A stretch of 64,000 nt of DNA from Octopus vulgaris (taxonomy: Eukaryota). Positions 1-11,693 of this stretch are shown here, in pieces. Each line of letters begins with the position of its first letter. The first letter of the stretch is position 1. The stretch lies in assembly GCA_951406725.2 (NCBI GenBank), contig OX597818.1, forward strand, positions 134,664,001 to 134,728,000. The letters are read 5' to 3'. A program made the translations under genes and the position numbers. The notes below the pieces were generated by a model. It was not told where the DNA came from, ran no database searches, and worked only from the letters and a program-made list of their open reading frames with translations.

Positions 1-8
1 GGTAATAA

Positions 9-241
9 AGGCGGCGAGCTGGCAGAAACGTTAGCACGTCGGGCGAAATGCTTAGCGGTATTTCGTCTGCCGTTACGTTGTGAGTTCAAATTCCGCCGAG
101 GTCGACTTTGCCTTTCATCCTTTCGGGGTCGATAAATTAAGTACCAGTTACGCACTGGGGTCGATGTAATCGACTTAATACCTATGTCTGTCCTTGTTTG
201 TCCCCTCTGTGTTTAGCCCCTTGTGGGTAATAAAGAAATAG
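9..241 (+). mobile_element. tRNA-derived SINE family A, full-length monomer (central GCCTTTCATCCTTTCGGGGTCGATAAA domain, MetaSINE-like)
   Basis: Head GGCGGCGAGCTGGCAGAA...GAGTTCAAATTCC (A/B-box-like). More than 20 further copies or units occur in the window. Confidence 0.85.
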
Positions 242-678
242 GTGGTGTGGTAATAGTTAATCCCAGGACAACACTGATCGAGCTGTCTTCTGACCAGACT
301 CATTTCAGCCGTAGCTATCCCTTCTTTGTCACATGTACTGGGAACATAGGACGTATTCTTTTCTGAGACAAAAGAGTGTTGTTCGAGTGAGATTTAGTTG
401 CTACTTTTTGCAGATTGAACGACTACATAAATGTTCCTCTGATGGTTCGTACAGCCTCTGCCGTTCTTATGCGTTTGACAAACTGAAGTGAGAAATGTAA
501 AAAGCGAAATTGTTTTGATGAAAAGCAAAGCGTTGCAATAATGAAACTGTAGCATGTGATACATTTAGTCAACGTATTTTCCCATTTAATGCTACTTCAT
601 TTTCCTGGGAAAAAAATATCCTCCGTAAAATCCTCTTATCACTAAAATGCCAGTTCTAGAATCCCAACCCCATGACAT

Positions 679-876
679 ACTCTTTTACTTGTTTCAGTCA
701 TTTGACTGCGGCCATGCTGGAGCACCGCCTTTAGTCGAGCAAATCGACCCCGGGACTTATTCTTTTCGTAAGCCCAGTACTTATTCTATCGGTCTCTTTT
801 TGCCGAACCGTTAAGTGACGGGGACGTAAACACACCAGCATCGGTTGTCAAGCAATGCTAGGGGAACAAACACAGA

Positions 877-923
<47 letters not shown>

Positions 924-998
924 TAAAATTTATTAAAATTTTATGTATTGATTAAGTCTTTCCTTGTTTGTTTTGCAAAATAGTGGTTTTGTCTCTAA

Positions 999-1038
<40 letters not shown>

Positions 1039-1203
1039 TACGACAGGCTTCTTTCAGTTTCCGTCTACCAAATCCACTCACAAAGCATTGGTCGGCCCGG
1101 GGCTATAGCAGAAGACACTTGCCCAAGATGCCACGCAGTGGGACTGAACCCGGAACCATGTGGTTGGTAAACAAGCTACTTACCACACAGCCACTCCTGC
1201 GCA
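679..1203 (-). mobile_element. tRNA-derived SINE family B (CCTTGGGCAAG core, internal TA/CA microsatellite, AAAAGAGT tail)
   Basis: Reverse complement matches the copies at 19992-20403 and 38045-38455. Its microsatellite holds a fragment (~920-1000) of the AT-rich HHR element family seen at 32943-33836. Confidence 0.85.
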
Positions 1204-1817
1204 AATTATATATAATACATTAAAAGTCAGTTTGAATCTTGCTTGCTTACAATGTTACCCAACCAAACTGGAGCGTAATGGGAAAATACAATGAATTAAG
1301 TTTACTCTGAAATGTTAATACAAACAGAATAAAAAAATGTTTCGTGGAAATCGGAAGAGGAGTTATTGAGATGTTCGGGGTTTGGGGGTATAATTACCCA
1401 AAATGTTGCATAATGGGAAAATGTTCCGAATATAACTTCATCCTGAATAAAAAGAAACCCCAACCTTTCGATTTTGTTTTTTATAGTAAATGTTTCTATT
1501 TTCGCTTTTGTTAAACACAATATTTTAATCATTTAGAAATATTTTTAAGTGAATGTGATTTCAAAAATGTAAGTTGTTAGTACAGTAAGTATTTATATTT
1601 TAGCTTTCTTTAAACGGACAATATCTTAATGTTTTTAAAAATTATTTTCAAGTGAATAACATTACAAAAATCTTTTTTGACATATCTAAAAAATATTTTA
1701 TAGCGAAAATGACTTTAAAAATACGGTAAATATTTCGTGAAAGGCCCGTTCGTAACCTCGGTATGAAATCATTTTTTCCATAGGTTTTTTCGAGTGCATT
1801 CAAAGTATCTCAGCTCC

Positions 1818-1936
1818 AAAGATTTGGCTGCTATTTCTAGCACACCCTGCTACCACGTAACAGCTATTTACGATAAAAGACCCAAATTACTTGTTACGTG
1901 GTAGCAGGGTGTGCAAGAAACAGTAGCCAAATCTTT
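1818..1936. repeat. 45-bp inverted repeat with 29-bp spacer
   Basis: AAAGATTTGGCTGCTATTTCTAGCACACCCTGCTACCACGTAACA (1818-1862) is a near-perfect reverse complement of 1892-1936. Confidence 0.85.
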
Positions 1937-2031
1937 CCTTTCCCCGAGCCTTTTACGCGTGATTTCGCTGTCACATTCGTTGAAAGCATACGAAATAACC
2001 TGGAAAAGAAAAGAAGCCACTTGGACCCCTA

Positions 2032-2335
2032 GTGGCTTCCCTCCTCTCACACATTCACGACACTAATCATGCTCTCCGTCTGTTTAACTCTTTCTCCTTT
2101 CCTCTTGGCCCCTCTCAATTTCTGTTCACTCTCGACATAGAATCTTTGTCCAATCCTTCCATCCTACCCTCGAATTCTCCTGCACTGTCTGTAACAATTC
2201 CGTCGAATTTCTCGACATTTCTGTCTACATACACCTTTCCGCTCTCGTCGCCTGCATCCACTACAAACACACAGACTCACACTTCTACCTTAACTTCTCC
2301 TCCTCCCACCCTAACAATACCAAGCTCTCCATCTC
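2032..2335 (+). pseudogene. Penelope-like element (PLE) reverse transcriptase fragment, internally deleted
   Basis: SHIHDTNHAL...FLFTLDIESL resembles the PLE motif SYIKDT...TLDVESLY. In a second frame, HPTLEFS...VEFLDISV...HYKHTDSHFYLNFSSSHP...K resembles HP.IKFT..PFLD..YRKPT...YL.F.S.HP. Confidence 0.75.
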
Positions 2336-2362
2336 CTCCCAAAAATGAATGAACATTTGTCT

Positions 2363-2860
2363 CAATATTTTGTAGGCACTCCTTTTGCTAATGCCGTGGC
2401 TTTTACTGGCTTAGGCTTAGATTTGTTTAAATCATAAAGGAAATTTATGCTTATCTATTCTGTGGTCTATGCTTCTATTAGCTCTGTTACTGATGTAATT
2501 TTCAGCCATCTTACTCGCAGTCTTCTTTCTATATGGTACCATCTTGTATGTTCTGTTGGACTGAAGTCGGAACTATGAGCAACTCATTTCATTAGTTCAT
2601 TTCCGTTAGATTTTTCCAACGCTTGTATAAGCAAGAGATTCTATCACCTTGAAAGATAACGATCTTCTTATCAATTCCTACTTTGAACCATTGTTAATAG
2701 ACACTGTTCATGTATAAGTGGTTTTCAATAAAATTTTATCTCATACCTATCTAGTGCCCAAACTGGCCGCCATACCCTAACTCCATTTCCTCCTCTGCTT
2801 GATCAGCAATAGATACGTCACATAACACTTAAAAGAATACATCTTTGTTGTTTAAGGACC
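2363..2860 (-). pseudogene. Degenerate Tc1 transposase C-terminus
   Basis: Minus frame reads ...SSDFSPTEH..W.HIERRLR...SVTEL...AKGVPTKY*, matching the Tc1 SPDLNPIE..W and A.GG.TKY terminus. It contains stop codons. Confidence 0.6.
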
Positions 2861-3177
2861 GGAGACAGCTACTAAATATTTGAACAACAAGACAGACGAG
2901 GATGCGTTCCCAGCCTCCACATTGTTTAAAATGTCAATTGTGTCAAAATTTGCGTGGGAGATATCACCCATTTCATCAGCTGGTGTTCAGAAATGTCCGC
3001 AAAACACCACTTTGCCATGAGAGACGACTGCCGTTATAACTACCCACGATGCCAACCAGCTATTTTCAGAAACTCCTCAAGGACTGTTTTCACTTAAACA
3101 AATTCGCCACTTTTGTTAGTCATGTGACATGAATTCTGCGAAGGAAAGAAAACTTAAATAAATCCCAAAGATATGTA

Positions 3178-3232
<55 letters not shown>

Positions 3233-3433
3233 TGTTATTTGTATCAGCCATTTGATTGCGACCATGCTGAAGCAACCCAGGACTTAATCTTTGTAAGCCT
3301 AGTACTTATTCTATCGGTCTCTTTTGCCGAACTACTAAGTTACGGGAACGTAAACACACCAACATCGGTTGTCAAGTGATGGAGGTGGAGGGCAAACACA
3401 GACACACATATATACACCCACACCCACACATAG

Positions 3434-3470
<37 letters not shown>

Positions 3471-3474
3471 CATA

Positions 3475-3529
3475 TATATATAAACGGCAAAATGTGTGTT
3501 TGTGTGTGTTTGTGTGTGTGTGTGTGTGT

Positions 3530-3569
<40 letters not shown>

Positions 3570-3892
3570 GTCCTTTATACAAATCCAGAATTTTTTCAGT
3601 TAGAGGGCTCGCACTTTCTATGGTCATTCAAAACCGCCCAAGGGTGGTCGTGCACATCTTTACATTTCCCCAGTCGCAAAGCTATAAAAAATCAATAGAA
3701 GTGACATTTTTGTGAATTTTCTATCCAAAACCCAATCAAAATGCCCGAAACTTGATACGCCAATTGAATGCCAACTAGCTGTATGTGATTGGTCGGAGAT
3801 TTGGGTAGTACTCGCGTGTATGTGCGCACACACGCGGCTGTATATGCATGCACTAGCACTATGACCCGGCGTTGCCGAGTCATAGTGCTAGT
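3475..3892 (+). mobile_element. Non-autonomous Helitron-like element (family H2) inserted in the microsatellite of a SINE B
   Basis: Ends in CTAG after a subterminal imperfect hairpin and is followed by a 41-bp palindrome ACTAGCACTATGAC..GTCATAGTGCTAGT (3852-3892). A second copy lies at 48801-49126. Confidence 0.6.
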
Positions 3893-3949
3893 ATATATAT
3901 ATATATATATATATATATGACGGGCTTCTTTTCAGTTTCCGTCTGCCAA

Positions 3950-4167
3950 ATCCACTCACAAGGCTTTGGTCGGCCCGAGGCTATAGTAGAAGACACTTGC
4001 CCAAGGTGCCACGCAGTGGGACTGAATCTGGAACCATGTGGTTGATAAGCTAGCTACTTACAACAACACACCTATATATATACACACACACACATACATA
4101 CATACATATATACATACATACATACATACATACATACATACATACATACATACATACATACATACAT

Positions 4168-4229
<62 letters not shown>

Positions 4230-4373
4230 GAAAATGAATTGAGAATAGTTGAAATACATTTTATTAATATATTTAAAGTATTAACCGGTTTCACAATTTA
4301 CAGATTATCAAAAGGTTCTATATTAATAAAATGTATTTTAACTATTCTCAATTCATTTTTCCTGTACATATAT

Positions 4374-4407
<34 letters not shown>

Positions 4408-4447
4408 TGTATGTATGTATGTATGTATGTATGTATGTATGTATGTA

Positions 4448-4527
<80 letters not shown>

Positions 4528-4652
4528 GGTGTGTTGTTGTAAGTAGCTGGCTTATCAACCACATGGTTCCGAGTTCAGTCCCACTGCGTGGCACCTTGGG
4601 CAAGTGTCTTCTACTATAGCCTCGGGCCGACCAAAGCCTTGTGAGTGGATTT
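3950..4652. repeat. Fold-back inverted duplication: SINE B head + microsatellite + AT-rich arm on each side of a ~50-bp spacer
   Basis: Inner arms 4224-4270 and 4320-4366 are reverse complements. The two SINE heads share private mutations (ACAACAACACACCTAT / ATAGGTGTGTTGTTGT). Confidence 0.85.
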
Positions 4653-5329
4653 GCGTGGGAGATATCACCCACTTCATCAGCTGGTGTTCAGAAATGTCCG
4701 CAAAACACCACTTTCCCATGAGAGACAACTGCCGCTATGTCGCAGCTGTTTTGTTTCTGACTATTGTATGAAGCTTGCTCTAATTTTATAGGGGGTTCAT
4801 GGTTCAAATTAGTATATATTTTGAATAGGATTTGATTGGTAGAGGTATCAAGTGACGATGTTTGGTGTCGTAAGTTAAGGCTGACACGGTTGACTAAATA
4901 TTTTCTGTCAAGTGTTTATAGAGGATGAAAACATGATTAAGTTTATAACCTTTTGCACGCTTTCCCGCTACGTCTGTGCGTTGGTGTCACGTTATAGTAT
5001 ATTTTGCGCCTAAAATAAAGGCCAACACGATTAAGTGAATATCAAGGAACTCCTGCCCCAATTGCAGGGCCTGCATCAACCTTATTGAAGACACAGCATA
5101 CAAATTCAAATCAGGACAGATTTTTACCGTAATGCATCACTACAAACACTTGGCAGAAAACAGTCAGTCGCTGATTTTGCACCAAGCTAAAAAGCTAGTC
5201 CTAAAATCTCTCTAGGAGAGCAAGTAATGTTCGTAGCCACGTCAACATGGCTGTTCCGTTCTGAAGGACTTGACTGCGATTTTTAAGCCTCCAGCTAGTT
5301 AACAATGCACACCTGCATCCGATATATTC

Positions 5330-5375
5330 AGTACTGAAGAGAGGCAGAAATAGCCCGAAACCAGACTGGTATGCT
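5330..5375 (+). ncRNA. Type I hammerhead ribozyme
   Basis: AGTA-CTGAAGA-G(A)GGC.AGAAATA.GCCC-GAAA-CCAG.A.CTGG-TA-TGCT; predicted GUA cleavage after 5371. Confidence 0.75.
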
Positions 5376-5687
5376 TGTCCCGTCGCTAAACGGTGGTAGG
5401 GGTTTTTGTTCCCCTGTTCGCAGTATATTGGATGCAGCTGTGCATCGTTAACCACCGAGAGGAGATATCCTCTTGCGCTTAAAAAATCGCAGTAAAGTCC
5501 GTTCGAATAGAGCATCCAAGTTGAAGTGGCTATGAATATTACTTGCTAGTATAACAACTGCGATTATCTCCTAGAGAGATTTTAGAACTAGTTCTTTAGT
5601 TTGTTGCAAAATCAGCGACTAAGGGTCACTTGAATTTATATGTTACGAGCAGAGGTGAGCTACTGCCATCTCTAGCAGACGAGGTGT

Positions 5688-5737
5688 CCAGTACTGAAGA
5701 GAAGCATAAATAGCCCGAAACCAGACTGGTTTGCTGG
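5688..5737 (+). ncRNA. Type I hammerhead ribozyme (second tandem copy, stem II weakened)
   Basis: CCAGTA-CTGAAGA-GAAGC.ATAAATA.GCCC-GAAA-CCAGACTGG-TT-TGCTGG. Confidence 0.65.
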
Positions 5738-5908
5738 TCCCGTCGCTAGAAGGTGGAATGGGGTTCGTTCCCTTGTTCGCAATATATCGGAAGCAGTGGC
5801 GCATCGTTAACCAGCTAGAAGAGATGTCCCCTACGGCTTAAAAAATTGCAGTAAAGTCCGTTCGAGTGGAACAGCCATGTTGAAGTGGCTACGAACATAA
5901 CTTGCTAT

Positions 5909-5952
<44 letters not shown>

Positions 5953-6964
5953 CGAGCCCCTTTAAGTGTCTGTCTACCAAATACATCCCCAAGCTTGGTC
6001 GGCCCAAAGTGCCACCCAGTGAGACTGATCCTGGAACCATGTGTCAGGAAGCAAACTTTTTACCACACAGCCATGCCTGCACCTTCACAGTGTGTCTGTG
6101 CGTGCGTGTGTGTGTGTGTATGCAATTCAATTCTGTTGTTAACACAGGGTTTTGTCTTGCTAATGATGATGGCTTCTTTTAATCTCAGGTTCCCAATGTT
6201 GCGTCCCGGGACATCAATGGAGGCCTTAATGTCTTGAGTATTGCCTTTCTCCAGATGTTCTTTAGGCAGAAGAAGCATAACTATAAAGAAATTCGGGGTC
6301 GAAAAATCAAGTACCAGTTGCATACTGGGGTCGATCTAATTGACTGGCCCTCTCCCCACAAACATTTCAGGACTTGTGCCTATAGTAAAAAAGTATATTG
6401 CGACAGTTACAGAATATAGAAAGAAGGGTAAAACCAATAACTATATAATCCAACCAAAATATCTCAGTTACACAAACGTAAACGGAATTACTATTTAGCC
6501 TTAAAATACATCGTACATATTCAAAGAACCCTCTTGGTTTAGTGGTACGGAACGTTTTTCTCGTATTCTTTTATTATTTTACTTGTTTCAATCATTTGAC
6601 GGTGGCCATGCTGGAGCACCAACCAAATTTCTCTTATACTATGCTCTTGTTAGTATTAAGAAAAGGAAAAAAATGTAATTAATATCTTTGATTTTGTTCG
6701 GCTCTATAAATTTAATCTTTTTAATGCTTTCATCCATTACTTGATACAAAAAAAAATGGAAAAATCCTGACCATAACAAGGAAATTGTAACTTAACAAAA
6801 ATATAGAAAGAGAAAGAAAAGGTTGTATTCGAAAGCCAAACGATATTTTATTTTTAATGAGATGTACTTTTATAATTCAAGCAAATTCAAAATTTAAATT
6901 TCGGAACTTAACATGTTATCTGGTGTACGGCCGAACTGAAATGGATAGAAAACCTACAACAAAT

Positions 6965-7000
<36 letters not shown>

Positions 7001-7698
7001 TTGTGTGATTGGGTCTTTAATAACCAGGGGTCAATTTCAGTTCAATCGTAGAAAGGAATTCAATGGAATTCAGCCATTCCTTCTCTCTCTCTCTTTCTTT
7101 TTCACTTCTCTCCTTGCTCGACACACGCATCAAATTTAAGTATCTTAATTTTCCCATTCAGATCGTTCGTGGTTTCAAATCTCCTCCAAAATTACAAGAG
7201 GTCTAGTTAAGAATTTTTATTCAAGTAACAAAATTTCTTTCAACAATATCTTTCTTTTAAGCGTGACGCTCGCGTCAAGTACGTACAAAAAATAAATTGG
7301 CGTATTAATATTCTGATTATAGCTGTATATATAACAACCCCATAATAATATTTTCTTTATTTTCATTTTACATTACCTTATTTCCTTTTTTTATTTATCT
7401 TAGTATAGCAACTTTAATTGGTTTACTTTTATAAAAATATTTTAAAAAGAGAATTTTTTTAGTATAAGTGTTTTTCTTATAATTTTTTTTTATTATAGGC
7501 TATATTAAATCTCTGAGTGATATATAAACAGTAGGCGCAGGAGTGGCTGTATCGTAAGTAGCTTGCTAACCAGCCACATGGTTCTGGGTTCAGTCCCACT
7601 GCGCGGCACCTTGGGCAAGTGTCTTCTGCTATAGCCCCGGGCCGACCAATGCCTTGTGAGTGGATTTGGTAGACGGAAACTGAAAGAAGCCTGTCGTA

Positions 7699-7747
<49 letters not shown>

Positions 7748-7868
7748 ACAATAAAGGAACGGCCATAATAGGCCATTCACCCACTAGAAATAACAGCCAA
7801 AGCTTCAACCGCAAATAAAAGTTAATTCAGTAAACCAGGAGAAAATTTTAAAAAACATTTACCCTGTA

Positions 7869-7975
7869 ATTTCTTATACGATATACCGTTTCATCTGCTG
7901 ATTAGTGGTAAACTAACCTGATTAAATTAAATCAAGCCAATCTTCCACAGGCCCTCAGATTCTTCAGTAAGAAAT
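7869..7975 (-). ncRNA. Type I hammerhead ribozyme (inverted copy)
   Basis: Reverse complement of the HHR at 8402-8508, with TCTTCAG at 7961-7967. Confidence 0.85.
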
Positions 7976-8401
7976 AGCCCAAGACGGAACAGATATTTTC
8001 ACGAGGCATTTCCGACGTTGCCAAGTTAATATCTGACCTAAAATTTTCAAATCGTCGCACTCGCGCCAAATTTATCGGCAGCAAATAAATATAAGCCGTC
8101 GATTCCATTACGGAATTAACCAGAAAATTCATAATTAATCAATATAGGGTGGCAAAAAAAAAAAAAAAAATTTTGTAGAATTCTTTTGCCACCAGCGGCC
8201 TAGTAGGAAAAAATTAAAATAGTCAAAGACTATATTGATTAATTATGAATTTTCTGGTTAATTCCGTAATGGAATCGACGGCTTATATTTATTTGCTGCC
8301 GATAAATTTGGCGCGAGTGCGACGATTTGAAAATTTTAGGTCAGATATTAACTTGGCAACGTCGGAAATGCCTCGTGAAAATATCTGTTCCGTCTTGGGC
8401 T

Positions 8402-8508
8402 ATTTCTTACTGAAGAATCTGAGGGCCTGTGGAAGATTGGCTTGATTTAATTTAATCAGGTTAGTTTACCATTAATCAGCAGATGAAACGGTATATCGTA
8501 TAAGAAAT
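8402..8508 (+). ncRNA. Type I hammerhead ribozyme with long stem II
   Basis: Stem I ATTTCTTA/TAAGAAAT (8 bp); CTGAAGA 8410-8416; stem II ATCTG/CAGAT plus a G.U-rich distal hairpin; GAAA 8485-8488; stem III CGG.TATA.TCG; GUA cleavage after 8500. Confidence 0.9.
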
Positions 8509-8893
8509 TACAGGGTAAATGTTTTTAAATTTTCTCCTGGTTTACTGAATTAACTTTTATTTGCGGTTGAAGCTTTGGCTGTTATTTCTAGTGGGTGAAT
8601 GGCCTATTATGGCCGTTCCTTTATTGTTGATGTTGAACTTAAAAATGGTCTTTGACTATTTTAATTTTTCCTACTAGGCCGCTGGTGGCAAAAGAATTCT
8701 ACAAAATTTTTTTATGCCACCCTATATTGATTAATTATGAATTTTCTGGTTAATTCCGTAATGGAATCGACGGCTTATATTTATTTGCTGCCGATAAATT
8801 TGGCGCGAGTGCGACGATTTGAAAATTTTAGGTCAGATATTAACTTGGCAACGTCGGAAATGCCTCGTGAAAATATCTGTTCCGTCTTGGGCT

Positions 8894-9000
8894 ATTTCTT
8901 ACTGAAGAATCTGAGGGCCTGTGGAAGATTGGCTTGATTTAATTTAATCAGGTTAGTTTACCATTAATCAGCAGATGAAACGGTATATCGTATAAGAAAT
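8894..9000 (+). ncRNA. Type I hammerhead ribozyme (second tandem copy)
   Basis: Identical to 8402-8508 at an offset of 492; cleavage after 8992. Confidence 0.9.
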
Positions 9001-9227
9001 TACAGGGTAAATGCTTTTTAAATTTTCTCCTGGTTTACTGAATTAACTTTTATTTGCGGTTGAAGCTTTGGCTGTTATTTCTAGTGGGTGAATGGCCTAT
9101 TATGGCCGTTCCTTTATTGTTGATGTTGAACTTAAAAATGGTCTTTGACTATTTTAATTTTTTCCTACTAGGCCGCTGGTGGCAAAAGAATTCTACAAAA
9201 TTTTTTTTTGCCACCCTATATTGATTG

Positions 9228-9283
<56 letters not shown>

Positions 9284-9668
9284 ATTGTGTGTCTGTGTTT
9301 GTCCCCCTAGCATTGCTTGACAACCGATGCTAGTGTGTTTACGTCCCCGTCACTTAGCGGTTCGGCAAAAGAGACCGATAGAATAAGTACTGGGCTTACA
9401 AAAGAATAAGTCCCGGGGTCGATTTGCTCGACTAAAGGCGGTGCTCCAGCATGGCCGCAGTCAAATGACTGAAACAAGTAAAAGAGTAAAAGAGTAGTAA
9501 TACGGAATCGTAACATATAATTGCCAACCAAGTGTGACGTCCTATACGAGACACTGCTACTGACGTTTCTATAAGAGATGTCCCAGGAGAACATCTCTTC
9601 CAGCTGGCTAACGACACACATTCTGTGTCCGATTAGTATTTGCGAGGGGAGATCATCGCTCCCATCTC

Positions 9669-9720
9669 TAACAAAACGGACTCGAGTTTCTGAATGGTAA
9701 CTCGTCCTCAGCGTATGTTA
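9669..9720 (-). ncRNA. Minimal type I hammerhead ribozyme
   Basis: Minus strand: TAACATACG-CTGAGGA-cGAGT.TACC.ATTCa-GAAA-CTCGAG-TC-CGTTTTGTTA; palindromic stem III, GUC site. Confidence 0.75.
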
Positions 9721-10426
9721 ATCACCAGCTAGTGATGAAAACTCATGCCATATTTTGCTCAAACGGTAAACTAAGGTTAAAACTTTCTCCTTCAATTTAT
9801 CCAACCCACAATCCTTTAAGAGGTATTCCTTTTAACAGTTCATTTTGTTTGCTTTGAGATGACAATCAAAATAAGCTTTATTAGCCATCCCTATCTCGTC
9901 CTTTCTTTCTATTATCACCACTCTCCCATCAGACATTCTCGTTTACCATCCCATGACCTACCCTTTGGGTGGTTGATATGGCCGGATGTAAAGTTCCATT
10001 TTCTTAGATAGTAGAACGGTCTGTCACGATACTAATTAATCTATTTTTAGATGTTTTGAAGACTGCATTCTCCCTACTGTCTTCGATGTGTAGATAAAGG
10101 GGTCTCTAATCTCATTCACCACCCCCACTCTAGCCTATGCTAATTTCAGGCTTGTCTGTCGCTCTACTGTCCTTTCATTCTGCCCAAAAAGTTAACAGCG
10201 GAATCTTTGTAAATATTTGCTCTCTATTGATGATATAGGCGCAGGAGTGGCTGTGTGGTAAGTAGCTTGCTTACGAACCACATGGTTTCAGGTTCAGTCC
10301 CACTGCGTGGAACCTTGGGCAAGTGTCTTCTACTATAGCCTCGGGCTGACCAAAGCCTTGTGAGTGGATTTGGAAGACGGAAACTGAAAGACCCCGTCGT
10401 ATATATGTATTTATATGTATATGTAT

Positions 10427-11693
10427 ATCGCTGTTTTCGTCCGCCACTATAAAGGCTTTTTCCATTGCGCCAGAGAAAAAATTTGTTTGCTTGTTATCAG
10501 TCGTAAGACACCGTTGTTTTCACCGTTAATGCTTCTGTATTTCATGTTTCTGTATTCCATTATTGTTTTTTGTTTTTTTATATCTGTCCCTTTTGCTGTC
10601 CTGGTGTTCGTATGCATTCGATCCTTCTTCCAGGAAATCTACGCTTCCAGCTTAGTTTTTCTAATGCTCGTTGCTTGTTTTTCTTGGAGGGCTGGCCGTG
10701 ATCTAGTAATCTCAAGATTAATCAGCCGAAATTACTACGATGATCCGGTTCTTGACTGAAGACTGAGGGTTTCGAATGTCCTGTCCGTGTTTATTGTGTC
10801 GTCTTCTAAGAGTTATACGTTCTTGTCCATGTTGTATTTTTCTACATACCTTAACATATATTCCAGGCGCCCCGTACCCCCCTTAACATTTATGTGAGCA
10901 CATATTCTTAATAATTGGTACGACTCTCTGTTTGTCTCTCTCTCTCTCTCATTTTTACTTGATCTGTCCCCCTCTCTCTCTTTTCTCTCTACTCATCCTC
11001 TTTTTCTCTTCTCTTTCCTCTGATTCTTTGGTCTAGTCTTCCACTACCCTCCTATTTCTTTGTCTCGCTCTGCACTCACAGGTCATTCTTCGACACCCAT
11101 CCCTTCTCCTCTCTGATTCCTTCTTTCTCTCTCTTCTCTCTCTTTGTTGCGTTTGTCCCTCCTCTCTCTCTCTCTTCCTTTGCTTCTCTTTCTTTTCTTT
11201 TCCCTCTTCTCTGTCACGTGACTGTTGGCCGAAATCTGCCTTTCAGCCTCTGACCCTCGTTCTGTTAACATCGCTGTTTTCGTCCGCCACTATAAAGGCT
11301 TTTTCCATTGCGCCAGAGAAAAAATTTGTTTGCTTGTTATCAGTCGTAAGACACCGTTGTTTTCACCGTTAATGCTTCTGTATTTCATGTTTCTGTATTC
11401 CATTATTGTTTTTTGTTTTTTTATATCTGTCCCTTTTGCTGTCCTGGTGTTCGTATGCATTCGATCCTTCTTCCAGGAAATCTACGCTTCCAGCTTAGTT
11501 TTTCTAATGCTCGTTGCTTGTTTTTCTTGGAGGGCTGGCCGTGATCTAGTAATCTCAAGATTAATCAGCCGAAATTACTACGATGATCCGGTTCTTGACT
11601 GAAGACTGAGGGTTTCGAATGTCCTGTCCGTGTTTATTGTGTCGTCTTCTAAGAGTTATACGTTCTTGTCCATGTTGTATTTTTCTACATACC

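Larger units (their letters stand above)
5054..5920 (+). mobile_element. Penelope-like relic: Cys-motif fragment, inverted segment and two 360-bp-spaced HHR repeats
   Basis: CPNCRACINLIE...FKSGQIFTV (from 5054) resembles the CxxC region preceding the PLE GIY-YIG domain. 5165-5290 is inverted relative to ~5476-5620. 5328-5550 repeats at 5688-5908. Confidence 0.65.
7744..9232. mobile_element. Retrozyme/PLE-like non-autonomous element: inverted copy (7744-8230) + two tandem 492-bp units (~8230-9232), each with an HHR
   Basis: Exact 492-bp period (CTGAAGA at 8410 and 8902). The inverted copy is almost identical. (TA)n flanks both sides, and there is a terminal hairpin GGTGGCAAAA..TTTTGCCACC. Confidence 0.9.
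7533..9495 (+). mobile_element. SINE B split by the HHR repeat element inserted in its internal (TA)n
   Basis: 5' half at 7533-7710 and 3' half at ~9270-9495 are collinear with intact SINE B copies. Confidence 0.85.

Noticed and set aside
9-100. tRNA genes at SINE heads (families A, B, C)
   Set aside because: They have A/B boxes only and continue into SINE bodies without a complete cloverleaf.
2948-2982. CTGATGA + GGG..CCC hairpin + GCAAA on the minus strand (also 4650-4683)
   Set aside because: GAAA is absent and no stem I/III could be formed.
8245-8445. 66-aa ORF (MNFLVNSVMES...) present in all three HHR units
   Set aside because: It is identical only because the copies are identical, has no recognisable motif, overlaps the ribozyme and is not evident in the sister element at 25.5 kb.
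10685-10785. Possible type I/II hammerhead in the 428-bp repeat
   Set aside because: The 7-mer before GGCTG is CTTGGAG, and the downstream CTGAAGA cannot close stem II with the GAAA flank.
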